Source: Candidatus Onthovivens sp.
GTDB taxonomy: Bacteria > Bacillota_I > Bacilli_A > RFN20 > CAG-826
Direction: 5' to 3'
Assembly (NCBI GenBank): GCA_048405595.1
Contig: DBFJOT010000018.1
Span: 208 to 64,207 of the forward strand
Length of the DNA: 64,000 nucleotides
Part shown: piece after piece, positions 49,810 through 60,349 of the stretch
Layout of the letters: each line of letters opens with the position of its first letter
How positions within the stretch are numbered: position 1 is the first letter of the stretch
Made by a program: the position numbers and the translations under genes
The notes under the pieces: model-generated
What the model was told of the DNA's origin: nothing
The model's database searches: none
Seen by the model: the letters and a program-made list of their open reading frames with translations, nothing else

Positions 49810-51294
49810 TTAGTTTGTTGGTTTCATTGTTGGGAAGAGAATTACTTCTCTAATTGATGCTTGGTTAGTTAATAACATAACAAGTCTATCAACACCAATT
49901 CCAATTCCACCTGTTGGAGCCATACCATATTCAAGAGCTTCTAAGAAATCATTATCCATTTCATTAGCTTCAGCGTCTCCAAGTTCTTTTGCTCTCATTT
50001 GAGCTTCAAATCTTTCTCTTTGATCAATAGGATCATTTAATTCGCTATAAGCGTTAGCGTATTCAGTTCCATTAATGAATAATTCAAATCTTTCTGTGAA
50101 TCTTGGATCTGGACTCTTCTTTGTGAGTGGAGAAACTTCAATTGGATGTCCGTGAACAAATGTTGGTTGAATTAAATCTTTTTCGCAGAATTCTTCAAAT
50201 AAAGCATTTAAGATATATCCATTACTAATCCAATGAGGTTCAACTTTAATTCCTTTTGATTTAGCAAAAGCTACAGCTTCTTCATATGACAAATCACTTT
50301 CAAAATCTAAACCTGTTTTTTCTTTGACAAGTTCAGCCATAGAAACCCATCTAAATTCTGGTCCAAAATCAATTTCAGTACCTTGATAATCGATTTTTGT
50401 TGTGCCTAAACATTCAGTACATGTATTTCTAATAACACCTTCTGCAAGTTGTCTCATTGATTCTAAATCGCCATATGCTTGGTAAAGTTCAACTGTTGTA
50501 AATTCTGGATTATGTTTATTATCCATTCCTTCATTTCTAAACAATCTACCAAATTCATAAACTCTTTCAAGTCCGCCGACGATTAAACGTTTTAATGGTA
50601 ACTCTGTAGCAATTCTTAAATAGAAGTCTTTGTTTAAAGTGTTGTGATGAGTAATAAATGGTCTAGCACTAGCTCCACCTAAAATTGGTGAAAGAACGCT
50701 TGTTTCAACTTCAACGAAACCTTGATTATCAAAATAACGTTGCATGCTTCTAATAATTCTAGGTCTAAGTAAGGCAACACGTTTTGATTCTTCATTCATG
50801 ATTAAATCAACATAGCGTCTTCTTGATCTTTCTTCGATATCAGTTAAACCATGGAATTTTTCTGGTAAAGGTCTAAGTGCTTTTGTTAAGAAGGTGAATT
50901 TTTCTACTTTAATTGTAAGTTCACCAGTTCTTGTAAGCATTAATTTACCTTCTAAACCAACGATATCACCAATATCTGTTAATTTGAATACATTGTAGTT
51001 ATCAGCACCAACTGAATCAATTGAAATATAAGCTTGGATTTTTCCAAATTTATCTTGAACATTTAAAAATGATGCTTTTCCCATTTTACGTAAAAACATT
51101 ACTCTACCAGCAACATTTACGTGGATTGGATTTGCTTCTAATTCTTCATTTGTTTTTCCTTCACACTTTGCTTTACATGAAGCACTTGTGTCAGTTCTTT
51201 CGTATTTTTCACCCCAAGGATTAACACCTAATTCTTGAAGTTTTTGTAACTTTTCTCTTCTAACTAATTCTTGGTCTGTTAATTTTCTTTCCAT
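49810..51294 (-). CDS. lysS: Lysine--tRNA ligase (class II)
   Basis: 494 aa. N-terminal OB anticodon-binding domain, then class II motifs 1-3 (...FRNEG..., ...GGIGIGVDRLVML). Confidence 0.95.
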   Translation of the reverse strand: MERKLTDQELVRREKLQKLQELGVNPWGEKYERTDTSASCKAKCEGKTNEELEANPIHVNVAGRVMFLRKMGKASFLNVQDKFGKIQAYISIDSVGADNYNVFKLTDIGDIVGLEGKLMLTRTGELTIKVEKFTFLTKALRPLPEKFHGLTDIEERSRRRYVDLIMNEESKRVALLRPRIIRSMQRYFDNQGFVEVETSVLSPILGGASARPFITHHNTLNKDFYLRIATELPLKRLIVGGLERVYEFGRLFRNEGMDNKHNPEFTTVELYQAYGDLESMRQLAEGVIRNTCTECLGTTKIDYQGTEIDFGPEFRWVSMAELVKEKTGLDFESDLSYEEAVAFAKSKGIKVEPHWISNGYILNALFEEFCEKDLIQPTFVHGHPIEVSPLTKKSPDPRFTERFELFINGTEYANAYSELNDPIDQRERFEAQMRAKELGDAEANEMDNDFLEALEYGMAPTGGIGIGVDRLVMLLTNQASIREVILFPTMKPTN

Positions 51295-51413
51295 AAAATT
51301 TTATACCTTCCTAATCGCGTTTATTATATACGAAAATATAAATAATTTCATTATTTAAAGTTATGTAAATGCGCAGCTCAACTATTATAGTGCTTTTATT
51401 GTTTTAAATTAGA

Positions 51414-52028
51414 TTATCTTTTTTGTATCAATTCTCCATCACGAATTTCTAGTAAGCTTCCATATTCGTAAATTCTAGAATCATGTGTAACCAAAATTAC
51501 AAGCTTTACTTTACTTTGTTCAGCTAGAGCATCCATTACTTTTTTAAGATTTACGTTATCTAAAGATGAAGTAATTTCATCAAGTAAAAGCACTTTTTTA
51601 TTAAGTATATTTTCTCTTTCTAAAGCAACAAGCATCTCTTCTCCTCCGCTCAAACCCGATGCTTTTCTTTCTAAATCTAAATCCAAATATTTAGGTTTAA
51701 AAGATTTTTTTGCTTTTTTTCCTATAAAAATATTATCTTCAATACTTAAAAACGTTAACAAATTTCCTCTCGAAAAGAGAAAAGAAAAATTCTCTCGTCT
51801 TATTTTATTTAGGTCTTTATTTTTATAAGTTTTAACATCAACATTATCTATTATGTATTCACCACCAAAATTATTATCGAGTAAACCAAGAATATATAAA
51901 AGGGTTGATTTGCCACTTCCATTGTCGCCAGTAATTAAAAATAAGCCAGTATTTCCAAAAGTGAAATTAACATTTTTTAAAATTGCTCTATCGCCTATTT
52001 TTTTAGTTACATTTTTTAATTCAATCAT
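51414..52028 (-). CDS. Short ABC-transporter ATP-binding protein (FtsE-sized) with a non-canonical Q-loop
   Basis: Walker A GDNGSGKST, signature LSGGE, Walker B LLLDEITSSLD and H-loop VTHD. The Q-loop position is Ser (FSFLFS). 204 aa. Confidence 0.75.
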   Translation of the reverse strand: MIELKNVTKKIGDRAILKNVNFTFGNTGLFLITGDNGSGKSTLLYILGLLDNNFGGEYIIDNVDVKTYKNKDLNKIRRENFSFLFSRGNLLTFLSIEDNIFIGKKAKKSFKPKYLDLDLERKASGLSGGEEMLVALERENILNKKVLLLDEITSSLDNVNLKKVMDALAEQSKVKLVILVTHDSRIYEYGSLLEIRDGELIQKR

Positions 52029-52636
52029 TAGAAGTATCCTCTAATCACTTTCAACACATTCTCACTAACCGTTATTTTCTTTATTTGATACATTGAGAAA
52101 ACTATTTTTGCTAGATAGATAACTAGTGAATTAATATAAGTAGGATAACCTATAACTAAGAGCGGTATTCGAATATTTAAAATGTTGTTTCCAATGTATG
52201 AAGTTAAATAAGTTAAACCAATACAAAGAATTAATTCTAAAAAGTTTGTCAATAATATTCCAATCGAATACACATTGTTAACATATGCATTTTCAATGTT
52301 TTTTATTTTTAAAAGAACAACATCTTTTTCACTAATTCTTTTAAATAAATAAACAAATATAAATAAATATACAACCAGAAAAAGAGAGAAGAAACAGAAT
52401 CCAAATATATAACCTTGTAACCCCATTAAGCCATTATTGTACAGAGGATAAAAAACTTGATACTCCTTTGTTGGCATGTTTGCCCATGAACCATAAGTAT
52501 CAAATAAAATAGAGGTGTCAAATGTGATTACATTGATAATCATATTTAAAGTAACTGTTATGATCAAAAACACAATTGATTGCAAAAAATTTCTACTAGA
52601 AATATGCCATAGATATTTAAAAAATAGTTTTGCCAT
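52028..52636 (-). CDS. Small 4-TM membrane protein, probable permease partner (mini FtsX-like topology) of the short ABC ATPase
   Basis: 202 aa, four hydrophobic helices. Its stop overlaps the ATPase start (ATGA). No family recognised. Confidence 0.45.
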   Translation of the reverse strand: MAKLFFKYLWHISSRNFLQSIVFLIITVTLNMIINVITFDTSILFDTYGSWANMPTKEYQVFYPLYNNGLMGLQGYIFGFCFFSLFLVVYLFIFVYLFKRISEKDVVLLKIKNIENAYVNNVYSIGILLTNFLELILCIGLTYLTSYIGNNILNIRIPLLVIGYPTYINSLVIYLAKIVFSMYQIKKITVSENVLKVIRGYF

Positions 52637-52805
52637 ATGTAATTATTATAAATTTAAAATTCTCATGAACAAGCGTTTTGTAAAAAACGAGTATAAATTG
52701 TAATATTTGCAAACAAAAGTAAATAGGATTGCATATCTTACTAAATTCAATTTATTATGTTTTATTTTCGTTTGTATTATTTTATAATTAAAAAGAGTAA
52801 ATATT

Positions 52806-53762
52806 ATGAAAAAATCAAAATTGTATATATGCTTCATCATTCCACTTTTGATGTCTTCAGCAAACACAACGCATTTTAACGAAGTAGAACATACTTTACT
52901 ATCAACAGGTCAAAAATCAAAAACCTATAAGGTTATCAAATCAGGGACATCAAAAGGAATATGCAAATCTAATGTGCTTGGCAACGAAGCTGCTTCAGTT
53001 ACTGTTTCTTATGATTTCTTAGAAAAACATAAAGATTACGCTCCTTACAACGGATATAAAAAATCTTATCATTTAATATACAGACTAGATGTTTATGTTA
53101 GTAGTAATGTTTCCTACAAAGGAGGTGTTGGTAATTGGTTTGACGGCAATAATCCAGCCTATCTCAATTCTATCACAGTAAACACTGAATACACTTCATC
53201 AAGTTTTAGTAAACTTAAATACGTAACGACTCCTGTTGAAGATTATTCAATTTATACTGATACTTATGTTTTGCTTAGAGACATTAATCCAACGAGATAC
53301 GTTTACGAGACAAACGAATTTAATTATGTAGAACACGGAGTAAACATTGGTTTTGATGCTAATAGTGGGTATAAATCAAAAAGCTATTCGACCCATTGGA
53401 AAGACTCAATTACTGATAGAGATTTCAATAACATGAATAGTAAATTAATAGCGCACATGTTAGTCGAAAATAAAGTCGCTGCTACCAAATTAACAAATAA
53501 GGTTGCTTTATTTTACGGAAATAAACTACTTAAAGACAAAAATAATAACAGATACATAGATGCTGCAAGAGATGACTTGTATAGCGGACCAGCAAAAGAC
53601 AACATTCCTTTTATGTTTTCAATTTTCGGAACGGAAAACATACAAAACGAAAGCGACCTTAAATCCGCAACCTTTTCTGTAACGATGAAATCAACACACG
53701 GCTCATCTGTCTGGCTTGACAAATTCCAAAGCGATGCAAACGTTACTGTTTATCTTATATAA
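52806..53762 (+). CDS. Hypothetical secreted protein (318 aa, signal peptide, Tyr/Asn/Ser-rich), translationally coupled to the MacB-like ABC gene
   Basis: MKKSKLYICFIIPLLMSSANT... has a hydrophobic N-terminus. Its stop TAA overlaps the ATG of the next gene (TAATG). Confidence 0.5.
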   Translation: MKKSKLYICFIIPLLMSSANTTHFNEVEHTLLSTGQKSKTYKVIKSGTSKGICKSNVLGNEAASVTVSYDFLEKHKDYAPYNGYKKSYHLIYRLDVYVSSNVSYKGGVGNWFDGNNPAYLNSITVNTEYTSSSFSKLKYVTTPVEDYSIYTDTYVLLRDINPTRYVYETNEFNYVEHGVNIGFDANSGYKSKSYSTHWKDSITDRDFNNMNSKLIAHMLVENKVAATKLTNKVALFYGNKLLKDKNNNRYIDAARDDLYSGPAKDNIPFMFSIFGTENIQNESDLKSATFSVTMKSTHGSSVWLDKFQSDANVTVYLI

Positions 53763-55879
53763 TGATTAGTACTAAGAATTTAATTAAACAATATTCCAAA
53801 ATAGATTTTATTAAATACGAGAATCTTTGTTTGCCATCAACTGGTGTGGTTTTATTAACAGGAGAAAACGGCACTGGAAAAACAACACTCTTAGATATAA
53901 TTTCTTTAAATGACTTAAATTTTCAAGGAGAGTTCTTTTTTGGCAACTTAAACGTTAAAAAATTATCAAGTAGAAGGATTCAAGATTTAAAGAAAGATCA
54001 TATATCATATGTGAAACAAAAAAATAACTTGATAGATTTTCTTAGCAAAGAAGAAGATGAAAATCTATTTGACATCTACACAAAAAGCAAAATTAAACAT
54101 ACGAAGGCTGATATTAGAAATTGTTCAGAAGGCGAACAAATGATGATTGTTCTTTCTTCCTATCTTAAGCCAGGCAAACAACTTTATATTTTAGATGAGG
54201 TCTTCACTTCATTATCAAAAAGAAACCAAGAAAAAATTGTTGGTACTCTAAAAGAATTAAAAAAAGAAGCTCTTATTATCATTGTTAGCCATGGCGTAGA
54301 TTTAGAAGAAATAATCGATTTAAAAATTCATTTATTTAAGAACAAAATCTCGTCTACTCAAAAAACAGAAAACAATAGTGTTAAGGAAACGTGCTTAAAA
54401 GCAAAAAACACAATATTTTATAGTTCAAAAAACCTATTTAAACTATATTTCTTTAAGCGTCTCAAACTTTTACTATCGTTTTTTGTAGTTTCTCTTTTGT
54501 TTCTATCTTTTTTGAATGTTGGAACTCCTGTTATAACACTTCCTCCTGATTTAGCGTGTACAAAACAAATTAAAAACTTAAACTCTTTTATACTCGATTC
54601 AAATAAGATAAATTCTGATATTATTCTTAGAAATTTTAGTGACTCAATATATTTTGTGGCTCGTGGCGCTAATATAAGAGCAACAAACACTTCAAGTGGC
54701 TTAAGTCCTTACGCTATGTCTGGTAATTTCTACTTTAGTAGCGACATCAACGATGATAGCATTCATGTTTCAGAAAATTTTTACGACTATTTAGTAAACG
54801 AATGTGGTTACGCTGAATCTCATTTGTTGACTGTTTCCTACTATTATTCCGATCAGAAATACGAAAAAGAAGCTTCCATAGTAAAAGATTCTAATCTTTT
54901 GCACAGTGGTTTCTTTGTTAATGAAAATTATTTTGATTACGCTTACAATCAAGTAAACGCTAATTTACTCTTTTTTGAAGATGGTTATCGGAACACTAAA
55001 AATTACAATGCTGAATATTATAATAACATTTATAGAAGCTATTATTTGATTACAAAAAGTTATGCAAGCGAAGTTTTAGGTTTCAACGTAGAAGAAAATC
55101 TAAGTGATGACACTATTTATATCAACGATCCTTCTTTATTTGTTAAAGGAGAATTAACTTTTTCTAAACCTCCTCTTTTAGATAACGACTTAACCTTTTC
55201 TTCTGATTATAACGAGATTTTTAAAAATATATCATTACAATTAATTAAGTATCCAAAGATAGAAGAGGCGAATTATTTTCTAGTGTCAGATAACCTTTTT
55301 AACAAATTATGTGGCTCAAAAAGAACAAGCAATTCGTTTGCAATATTCCTAAACGACAAAAATAGAAATTCCTTTTTTAATGAAGCTAACAGAAATTATG
55401 TTGATTTTTCTTTTAATTACGAAAGGAGCGACTATTCATTTTCTTTTGGTTCTAAAGAATATGAGGAAATTGAAAAAAGAATAAGATCAAGGACTATTAT
55501 CATTAAAAATAAATATCTCTCCTCTAACGTCCAATGGGTAACGACTTTATGCTATTTGCTATCGATATCATATTTTTTATATATCGTTTCTTTCATTTAC
55601 CAAATAACTGTTATCGAAAAAAATAATCTTAACCTATTAAAAAAAGATGGTTTTTATTCTTTTCAACGTTTTCTTGTAATATATGGACCCTATTTATTAA
55701 TGACGTTTTTAGCAATGCCAATTGCTAAATTAATTTCATTAATCTTAGGTAATATGTCAAACTCCTTAAATTTTACCTATTACTTTATCCCTTTAAATAT
55801 CTTATTCTATATTTCGTTTTTTGTAATTCAAATAGTTGTTTCTTACATTTTTATGAAAGCTATAAAATTTAGAAATTAA
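53762..55879 (+). CDS. MacB-like fused ABC protein: an N-terminal ATPase with a degenerate signature motif, plus a C-terminal FtsX-like permease (TM1, ~340-aa extracytoplasmic domain, TM2-4)
   Basis: Walker A GENGTGKTT, Q-loop VKQ, signature CSEGE (instead of LSGGQ), Walker B LYILDEV and H-loop VSHG. Then one TM, a large loop and three C-terminal TMs. Confidence 0.65.
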   Translation: MISTKNLIKQYSKIDFIKYENLCLPSTGVVLLTGENGTGKTTLLDIISLNDLNFQGEFFFGNLNVKKLSSRRIQDLKKDHISYVKQKNNLIDFLSKEEDENLFDIYTKSKIKHTKADIRNCSEGEQMMIVLSSYLKPGKQLYILDEVFTSLSKRNQEKIVGTLKELKKEALIIIVSHGVDLEEIIDLKIHLFKNKISSTQKTENNSVKETCLKAKNTIFYSSKNLFKLYFFKRLKLLLSFFVVSLLFLSFLNVGTPVITLPPDLACTKQIKNLNSFILDSNKINSDIILRNFSDSIYFVARGANIRATNTSSGLSPYAMSGNFYFSSDINDDSIHVSENFYDYLVNECGYAESHLLTVSYYYSDQKYEKEASIVKDSNLLHSGFFVNENYFDYAYNQVNANLLFFEDGYRNTKNYNAEYYNNIYRSYYLITKSYASEVLGFNVEENLSDDTIYINDPSLFVKGELTFSKPPLLDNDLTFSSDYNEIFKNISLQLIKYPKIEEANYFLVSDNLFNKLCGSKRTSNSFAIFLNDKNRNSFFNEANRNYVDFSFNYERSDYSFSFGSKEYEEIEKRIRSRTIIIKNKYLSSNVQWVTTLCYLLSISYFLYIVSFIYQITVIEKNNLNLLKKDGFYSFQRFLVIYGPYLLMTFLAMPIAKLISLILGNMSNSLNFTYYFIPLNILFYISFFVIQIVVSYIFMKAIKFRN

Positions 55880-55884
55880 TCTTT

Positions 55885-56844
55885 TTAAAAAAACTCATCA
55901 ATAATTCTATCGAATTCATCGATAGAATTTGCATATACAAACTGCTTTCTTAATTCTTTTGTTTCTTCTTTAAACATTAAGAAAAATTTTGGAGCTATCC
56001 CTTTTAAAATTGATGTTGCAATTTTTTCACCTTTTTCTTCGACAAGTAATTTTTTAAATTCTTTAAAATAAGAAATTTGTTTTTCGATTGTTGGGATTAC
56101 TAGTTCCTTGCCTTCAATTATATTATTAATATTGGTGATTAATTCAGGATTTCCAACTCCACCTCTTGCCACTAAAACGTAATCCGCTTTAGTGATTTTT
56201 AATGCGTTTAAAGCATCTTCTGGTGTAAAAATATCTCCACTTACACCAAAAGGAATTTTAATAATATCTCGTATATTCTTTAGTTCTTCAAAACGAGGTT
56301 TGCCGCTATATAATTCTTTTCTCGTTCTTGCGTGAATCATAATAAAAGCGACACCTGCTTTTTCTAACGTTTTGACTGTTTCTTCAACATTTACATCATT
56401 ATATCCGAGTCTAATTTTTGCACTGACTGGTGTTTTTGAAGTTTCACAAATAGCTTTCATCATTTCAAATAATGCATCTTGATCTTTTAGCCATGTAGAA
56501 CCACCATTTGATTTAACTACTTTATTAACTGGGCAAGCTAAATTGACATCAATGATATCGTAAGGAATATTGGTATTTTGAATAATTTCTAAAGCTTGTA
56601 ATAATGTCTCTTTTTTACCTCCAAAAAGTTGAATACCGAGTGGCTTATCACCACCATCCGTTTTTAACATTTCAAAAGTTTTCTTATTTCCGTATATCAA
56701 GCCACAATCACTAATCATTTCTGAATAAGTTAAAGCTGGTCCGAATTTATTCATAAATTTTCTATAAGAAAAAGAAGTTATCCCAGCCATTGGAGCTAGG
56801 ATAACTTTTCCTTTAATTTCTTTATTGCTTAATAACAAAGTCAT
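55885..56844 (-). CDS. dusB: tRNA-dihydrouridine synthase (DusB-like)
   Basis: 319 aa TIM-barrel Dus family (VILAPMAGITSFSYR..., catalytic Cys in NLACPV). Confidence 0.85.
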   Translation of the reverse strand: MTLLLSNKEIKGKVILAPMAGITSFSYRKFMNKFGPALTYSEMISDCGLIYGNKKTFEMLKTDGGDKPLGIQLFGGKKETLLQALEIIQNTNIPYDIIDVNLACPVNKVVKSNGGSTWLKDQDALFEMMKAICETSKTPVSAKIRLGYNDVNVEETVKTLEKAGVAFIMIHARTRKELYSGKPRFEELKNIRDIIKIPFGVSGDIFTPEDALNALKITKADYVLVARGGVGNPELITNINNIIEGKELVIPTIEKQISYFKEFKKLLVEEKGEKIATSILKGIAPKFFLMFKEETKELRKQFVYANSIDEFDRIIDEFF

Positions 56845-56845
56845 C

Positions 56846-58996
56846 TTATTCTGTTTTTGTGTCTTTTTCTTCAGCCGAAGTCTCTTCGATTTTAGTTTCT
56901 TCAGTTGGTTTTTCAGTTTCAGAAGGAGCTTCTTCTACTTTATTTTCTATAGATTTAGGAGCAATTTGATTCGCTTCTTTTTCTTCGGCTTCTTTTAAGA
57001 TTTGTTCGCTTGCTTTAGCGATATCTTTTTGACTTGCTACTTCTTTAGGAAGTTCACGATGTTCTAAAAGATATGCGATTTCTTCTTCTGTAATTGTTTC
57101 GTGATCGAGTAAAGTTTCAGCGATTAAGATAACATCATCTTTTCTTCTTGTAATGATTGCTCTAGCTTCCTTATGAGCTTCTTCGATAATCTTTCTGATT
57201 TCTTTATCGATTTCATCTTGAACAGAAACACTGAAATTCTTTTGGCTGTTGTAATCTCTTCCTAAGAAAACACTTCCAGTATTCTTTTCATATTGGATAG
57301 GTCCAAGTGAAGACATACCATATTCAACAACCATTGCTCTAGCGATTGCAGTTGCTCTTTCAATATCGTTGCTTGCACCAGTTGAAACATCTTGGAAGAA
57401 AATTTCTTCACTTGATCTTCCGCCAAGTAATCCACAAATTTCTGCTTCAAGTTCACTCTTTGTAACTAAGAACTTGTCATCTTCAGGTCCCATTAAGACA
57501 TGTCCACCAGTTTGACCACGTGGAATAATTGTAATTTTTCTAACTTTATCTGCGTGAGGTAAAGTGAGACCAATAATTGCGTGTCCAGCTTCATGGTAAG
57601 CAATTTGTCTTCTTTCTTTTTCTTGAAGATTCTTATTTGATTTAGCTGGTCCAGCGATTCTTCTATCAATAGCTTCATCAATGTCCGCCATGACAATCAT
57701 TTCTCTTCCAGCTCTAACAGCTAAAATAGCAGCTTCATTAAGAATATTAGCGATGTCTGCACCACTAAATCCAACAGTACGTTTTGCTAATTGACCAAAG
57801 TCGATCGAAGGATCGATTTGCTTGTTTCTTGAGTGAACTTTAAAGATAGCTTCTCTTCCTTCTTTATCTGGTAAATTAACAGTAATTTGTCTATCAAATC
57901 TTCCAGCTCTTAATAAAGCAGGATCAAGAACGTCAGATCTATTAGTAGCAGCCATAATAATTACACCACTATTATCTTCGAAACCATCAAGTTCAACTAA
58001 TAATTGGTTAAGTGTTTGTTCTCTTTCGTCGTTTCCACCACCTAATCCAGCGCCTCTTTGTCTACCGACAGCATCAATTTCATCAATAAAGACTACACAT
58101 GGTGCATTTTGTTTAGCGGTTTTGAATAAGTCTCTAACTCTGCCAGCACCAGCACCGACAAACATTTCGACAAAATCAGAACCACTGATTGAGAAGAATG
58201 GAACACCAACTTCTCCAGCAACAGCTTTAGCTAATAAAGTTTTACCAGTACCAGGAGGACCAACAAGTAAGAATCCTTTTGGTAACTTAGCGCCACATTT
58301 TGTATATTTCTTAGGATTTTTTAAATAGTCAACAAGCTCGACCATTTCAGCTTTTTCTTCGTCGCATCCAGCAACATCTTTAAACTTAATCTTACTATCA
58401 TCAATTCTTCTTGCTTTAGATTTACTAAAGTCCATAGCAGCTTGGTTTCCTCCAGCGCTCTTCATAAGCATTCTGAAGAATAAAACACCCATAACAACAA
58501 TTAAAACTGTTGAAAGAATAGTTGGTAACCAGCTTAAGAATGGATTTTCTTGATATTGCTTAGAATCCCAATACATTTGTTCTAAGTATGGCTTATATAT
58601 TTCTTTGTTTTTGTTATAATCAATTTGTGTTTTTGCAGCCATAGAAACATCTACTTTTATTCCATCTTGAGAAATCCGTTGTTTTTCGTAGTCAGAATCT
58701 ATGAATGTTGCGAAATATCCTTTAAATATAACATCTCCGTTATCTGCTTTTGTAGCAACAGTAAAATAAAATTCAACTTGCGATTGGTTCTTTATTGAAT
58801 TAGCTTGAACAATATCATAACTTTGATCAGCATCATCTACATCACCTTGAACATAGCTAATAGCATCTTGAGTTGCTACTTGTTTATATTTTTGGTTAGA
58901 TTGATTAACGATAAAATAAATTAAAAAAGCAATGAGAGCAATAATGACCCCATAAATAAGGAAACTATACCATCTAGAACCCTTCTTTTTCTCCAT
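56846..58996 (-). CDS. ftsH: ATP-dependent zinc metalloprotease FtsH
   Basis: 716 aa. N-terminal TM and periplasmic domain, AAA+ domain (GPPGTGKT, DEIDA, SRH), and the HEAGH zinc motif (HEAGHAIIG). Confidence 0.95.
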   Translation of the reverse strand: MEKKKGSRWYSFLIYGVIIALIAFLIYFIVNQSNQKYKQVATQDAISYVQGDVDDADQSYDIVQANSIKNQSQVEFYFTVATKADNGDVIFKGYFATFIDSDYEKQRISQDGIKVDVSMAAKTQIDYNKNKEIYKPYLEQMYWDSKQYQENPFLSWLPTILSTVLIVVMGVLFFRMLMKSAGGNQAAMDFSKSKARRIDDSKIKFKDVAGCDEEKAEMVELVDYLKNPKKYTKCGAKLPKGFLLVGPPGTGKTLLAKAVAGEVGVPFFSISGSDFVEMFVGAGAGRVRDLFKTAKQNAPCVVFIDEIDAVGRQRGAGLGGGNDEREQTLNQLLVELDGFEDNSGVIIMAATNRSDVLDPALLRAGRFDRQITVNLPDKEGREAIFKVHSRNKQIDPSIDFGQLAKRTVGFSGADIANILNEAAILAVRAGREMIVMADIDEAIDRRIAGPAKSNKNLQEKERRQIAYHEAGHAIIGLTLPHADKVRKITIIPRGQTGGHVLMGPEDDKFLVTKSELEAEICGLLGGRSSEEIFFQDVSTGASNDIERATAIARAMVVEYGMSSLGPIQYEKNTGSVFLGRDYNSQKNFSVSVQDEIDKEIRKIIEEAHKEARAIITRRKDDVILIAETLLDHETITEEEIAYLLEHRELPKEVASQKDIAKASEQILKEAEEKEANQIAPKSIENKVEEAPSETEKPTEETKIEETSAEEKDTKTE

Positions 58997-59110
58997 CTAA
59001 GTTCTCCTTTCGTTATATATGAATTACTTTATATATAAAGTATTTAGATATTCTTAAAATCTATACGACTATAATTTTACATTAAACGTTCGTTTTTACA
59101 AAGAATGAAA

Positions 59111-60349
59111 CTAGTTATAAATGTCTTTTAAGTTAAATTTTAGCAAACCATTATTATCTTGAACTGATTTTTGATACTTAGGGACATAAAGTAAATTTAA
59201 ATCTTTATCATATATACCTGGCCATATATCTCTTATAGATAACGGTACTTTCCAAGAAATAAATTGTCTATTAACTTTCAACGTTTTACCATCATATTTA
59301 AAACTGTCAAATAAATTTGCTTTTTTAACTATTAAAGGAAATTTATCTTTAACTAAATCAAAATTTGCCGCATTTGAATTTATAGTAAATAATCCAGGAA
59401 CATCAGCTTCATCAATTACATAAAAATATTCACTTTGTTTACCGTGGATTGATAAGTTCCCATATTCATAAAATAAATACAAATCATCTTTAAGTTGATA
59501 CTTCCAATTAGCATTTTTTGATTTTAAAGCTTTATAAATTTCGCTTGCTGCGCCTTTGGAAATTGGAACATAAAAACCTTTATTTTGAATCATTTTAATT
59601 AAGATATAGTTGAACATTTCTTCATCATATTTAAGGAAGAAATTTTTATCTATTGTATTTTTTTCATAACCTGCTATTCGGTCAACTTGAAGCAAAATCC
59701 TTGCAATTTCGTGGTTTTTTAAGTCTATATCCCTTAAAATCTCGTTTCTTTCAGCTTCACTAAGCCTACTTACAACATTATGTCTAAAGAAATTTCTTTT
59801 AAACTTTGTATCATAATTTGAAGGATCGATTGAATAAGGAACATCGTTTTCTAAACAATATTTTAACAATGAATCCTTAGTATAATTTAACAAAGGTCGA
59901 ATTACATTATAATTTTTTCTTACTAATTTATATTTTAACCCATAATAAGAAACAATATTATTTCTTTCTTGTTGTAATAAAAAAGTTTCAATCACATCAT
60001 CTTCGTTATGAGCAACGAGTACATTTTTAATACCTGTCGTTATAGCTACTTCGCCAAAATAATCATATCGTACATCTCTTGCCCAATCCTCTTCATTAAT
60101 ATCTAGAGGCATTTCAGTTTCTAATACATGTACTTTAATATTAAATTTTCTAGCATAGTCACGAATACATTTTTCGTCATTATCAGCTTGCTCTAAAATA
60201 TGATAATTAACGTGAGCTATCTCAAAATATATATTTTCTTTTATTAAATAATCAAATAGAGCCATGGAGTCTGGCCCAAAGCTACACGCTAAAAGATATT
60301 TCTCTTTCTTATTTAATTTCGTTTGAATCTTCATTAATAATTTCGTCAC
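59111..60349 (-). CDS. tilS: tRNA(Ile)-lysidine synthase TilS. The PP-loop variant is SFGPDS; the start is possibly the internal M at ~60334.
   Basis: 412 aa with an N-terminal PP-loop ATPase region (LLACSFGPDSMAL). Gene order tilS-ftsH as in Bacillus. Confidence 0.7.
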   Translation of the reverse strand: MTKLLMKIQTKLNKKEKYLLACSFGPDSMALFDYLIKENIYFEIAHVNYHILEQADNDEKCIRDYARKFNIKVHVLETEMPLDINEEDWARDVRYDYFGEVAITTGIKNVLVAHNEDDVIETFLLQQERNNIVSYYGLKYKLVRKNYNVIRPLLNYTKDSLLKYCLENDVPYSIDPSNYDTKFKRNFFRHNVVSRLSEAERNEILRDIDLKNHEIARILLQVDRIAGYEKNTIDKNFFLKYDEEMFNYILIKMIQNKGFYVPISKGAASEIYKALKSKNANWKYQLKDDLYLFYEYGNLSIHGKQSEYFYVIDEADVPGLFTINSNAANFDLVKDKFPLIVKKANLFDSFKYDGKTLKVNRQFISWKVPLSIRDIWPGIYDKDLNLLYVPKYQKSVQDNNGLLKFNLKDIYN

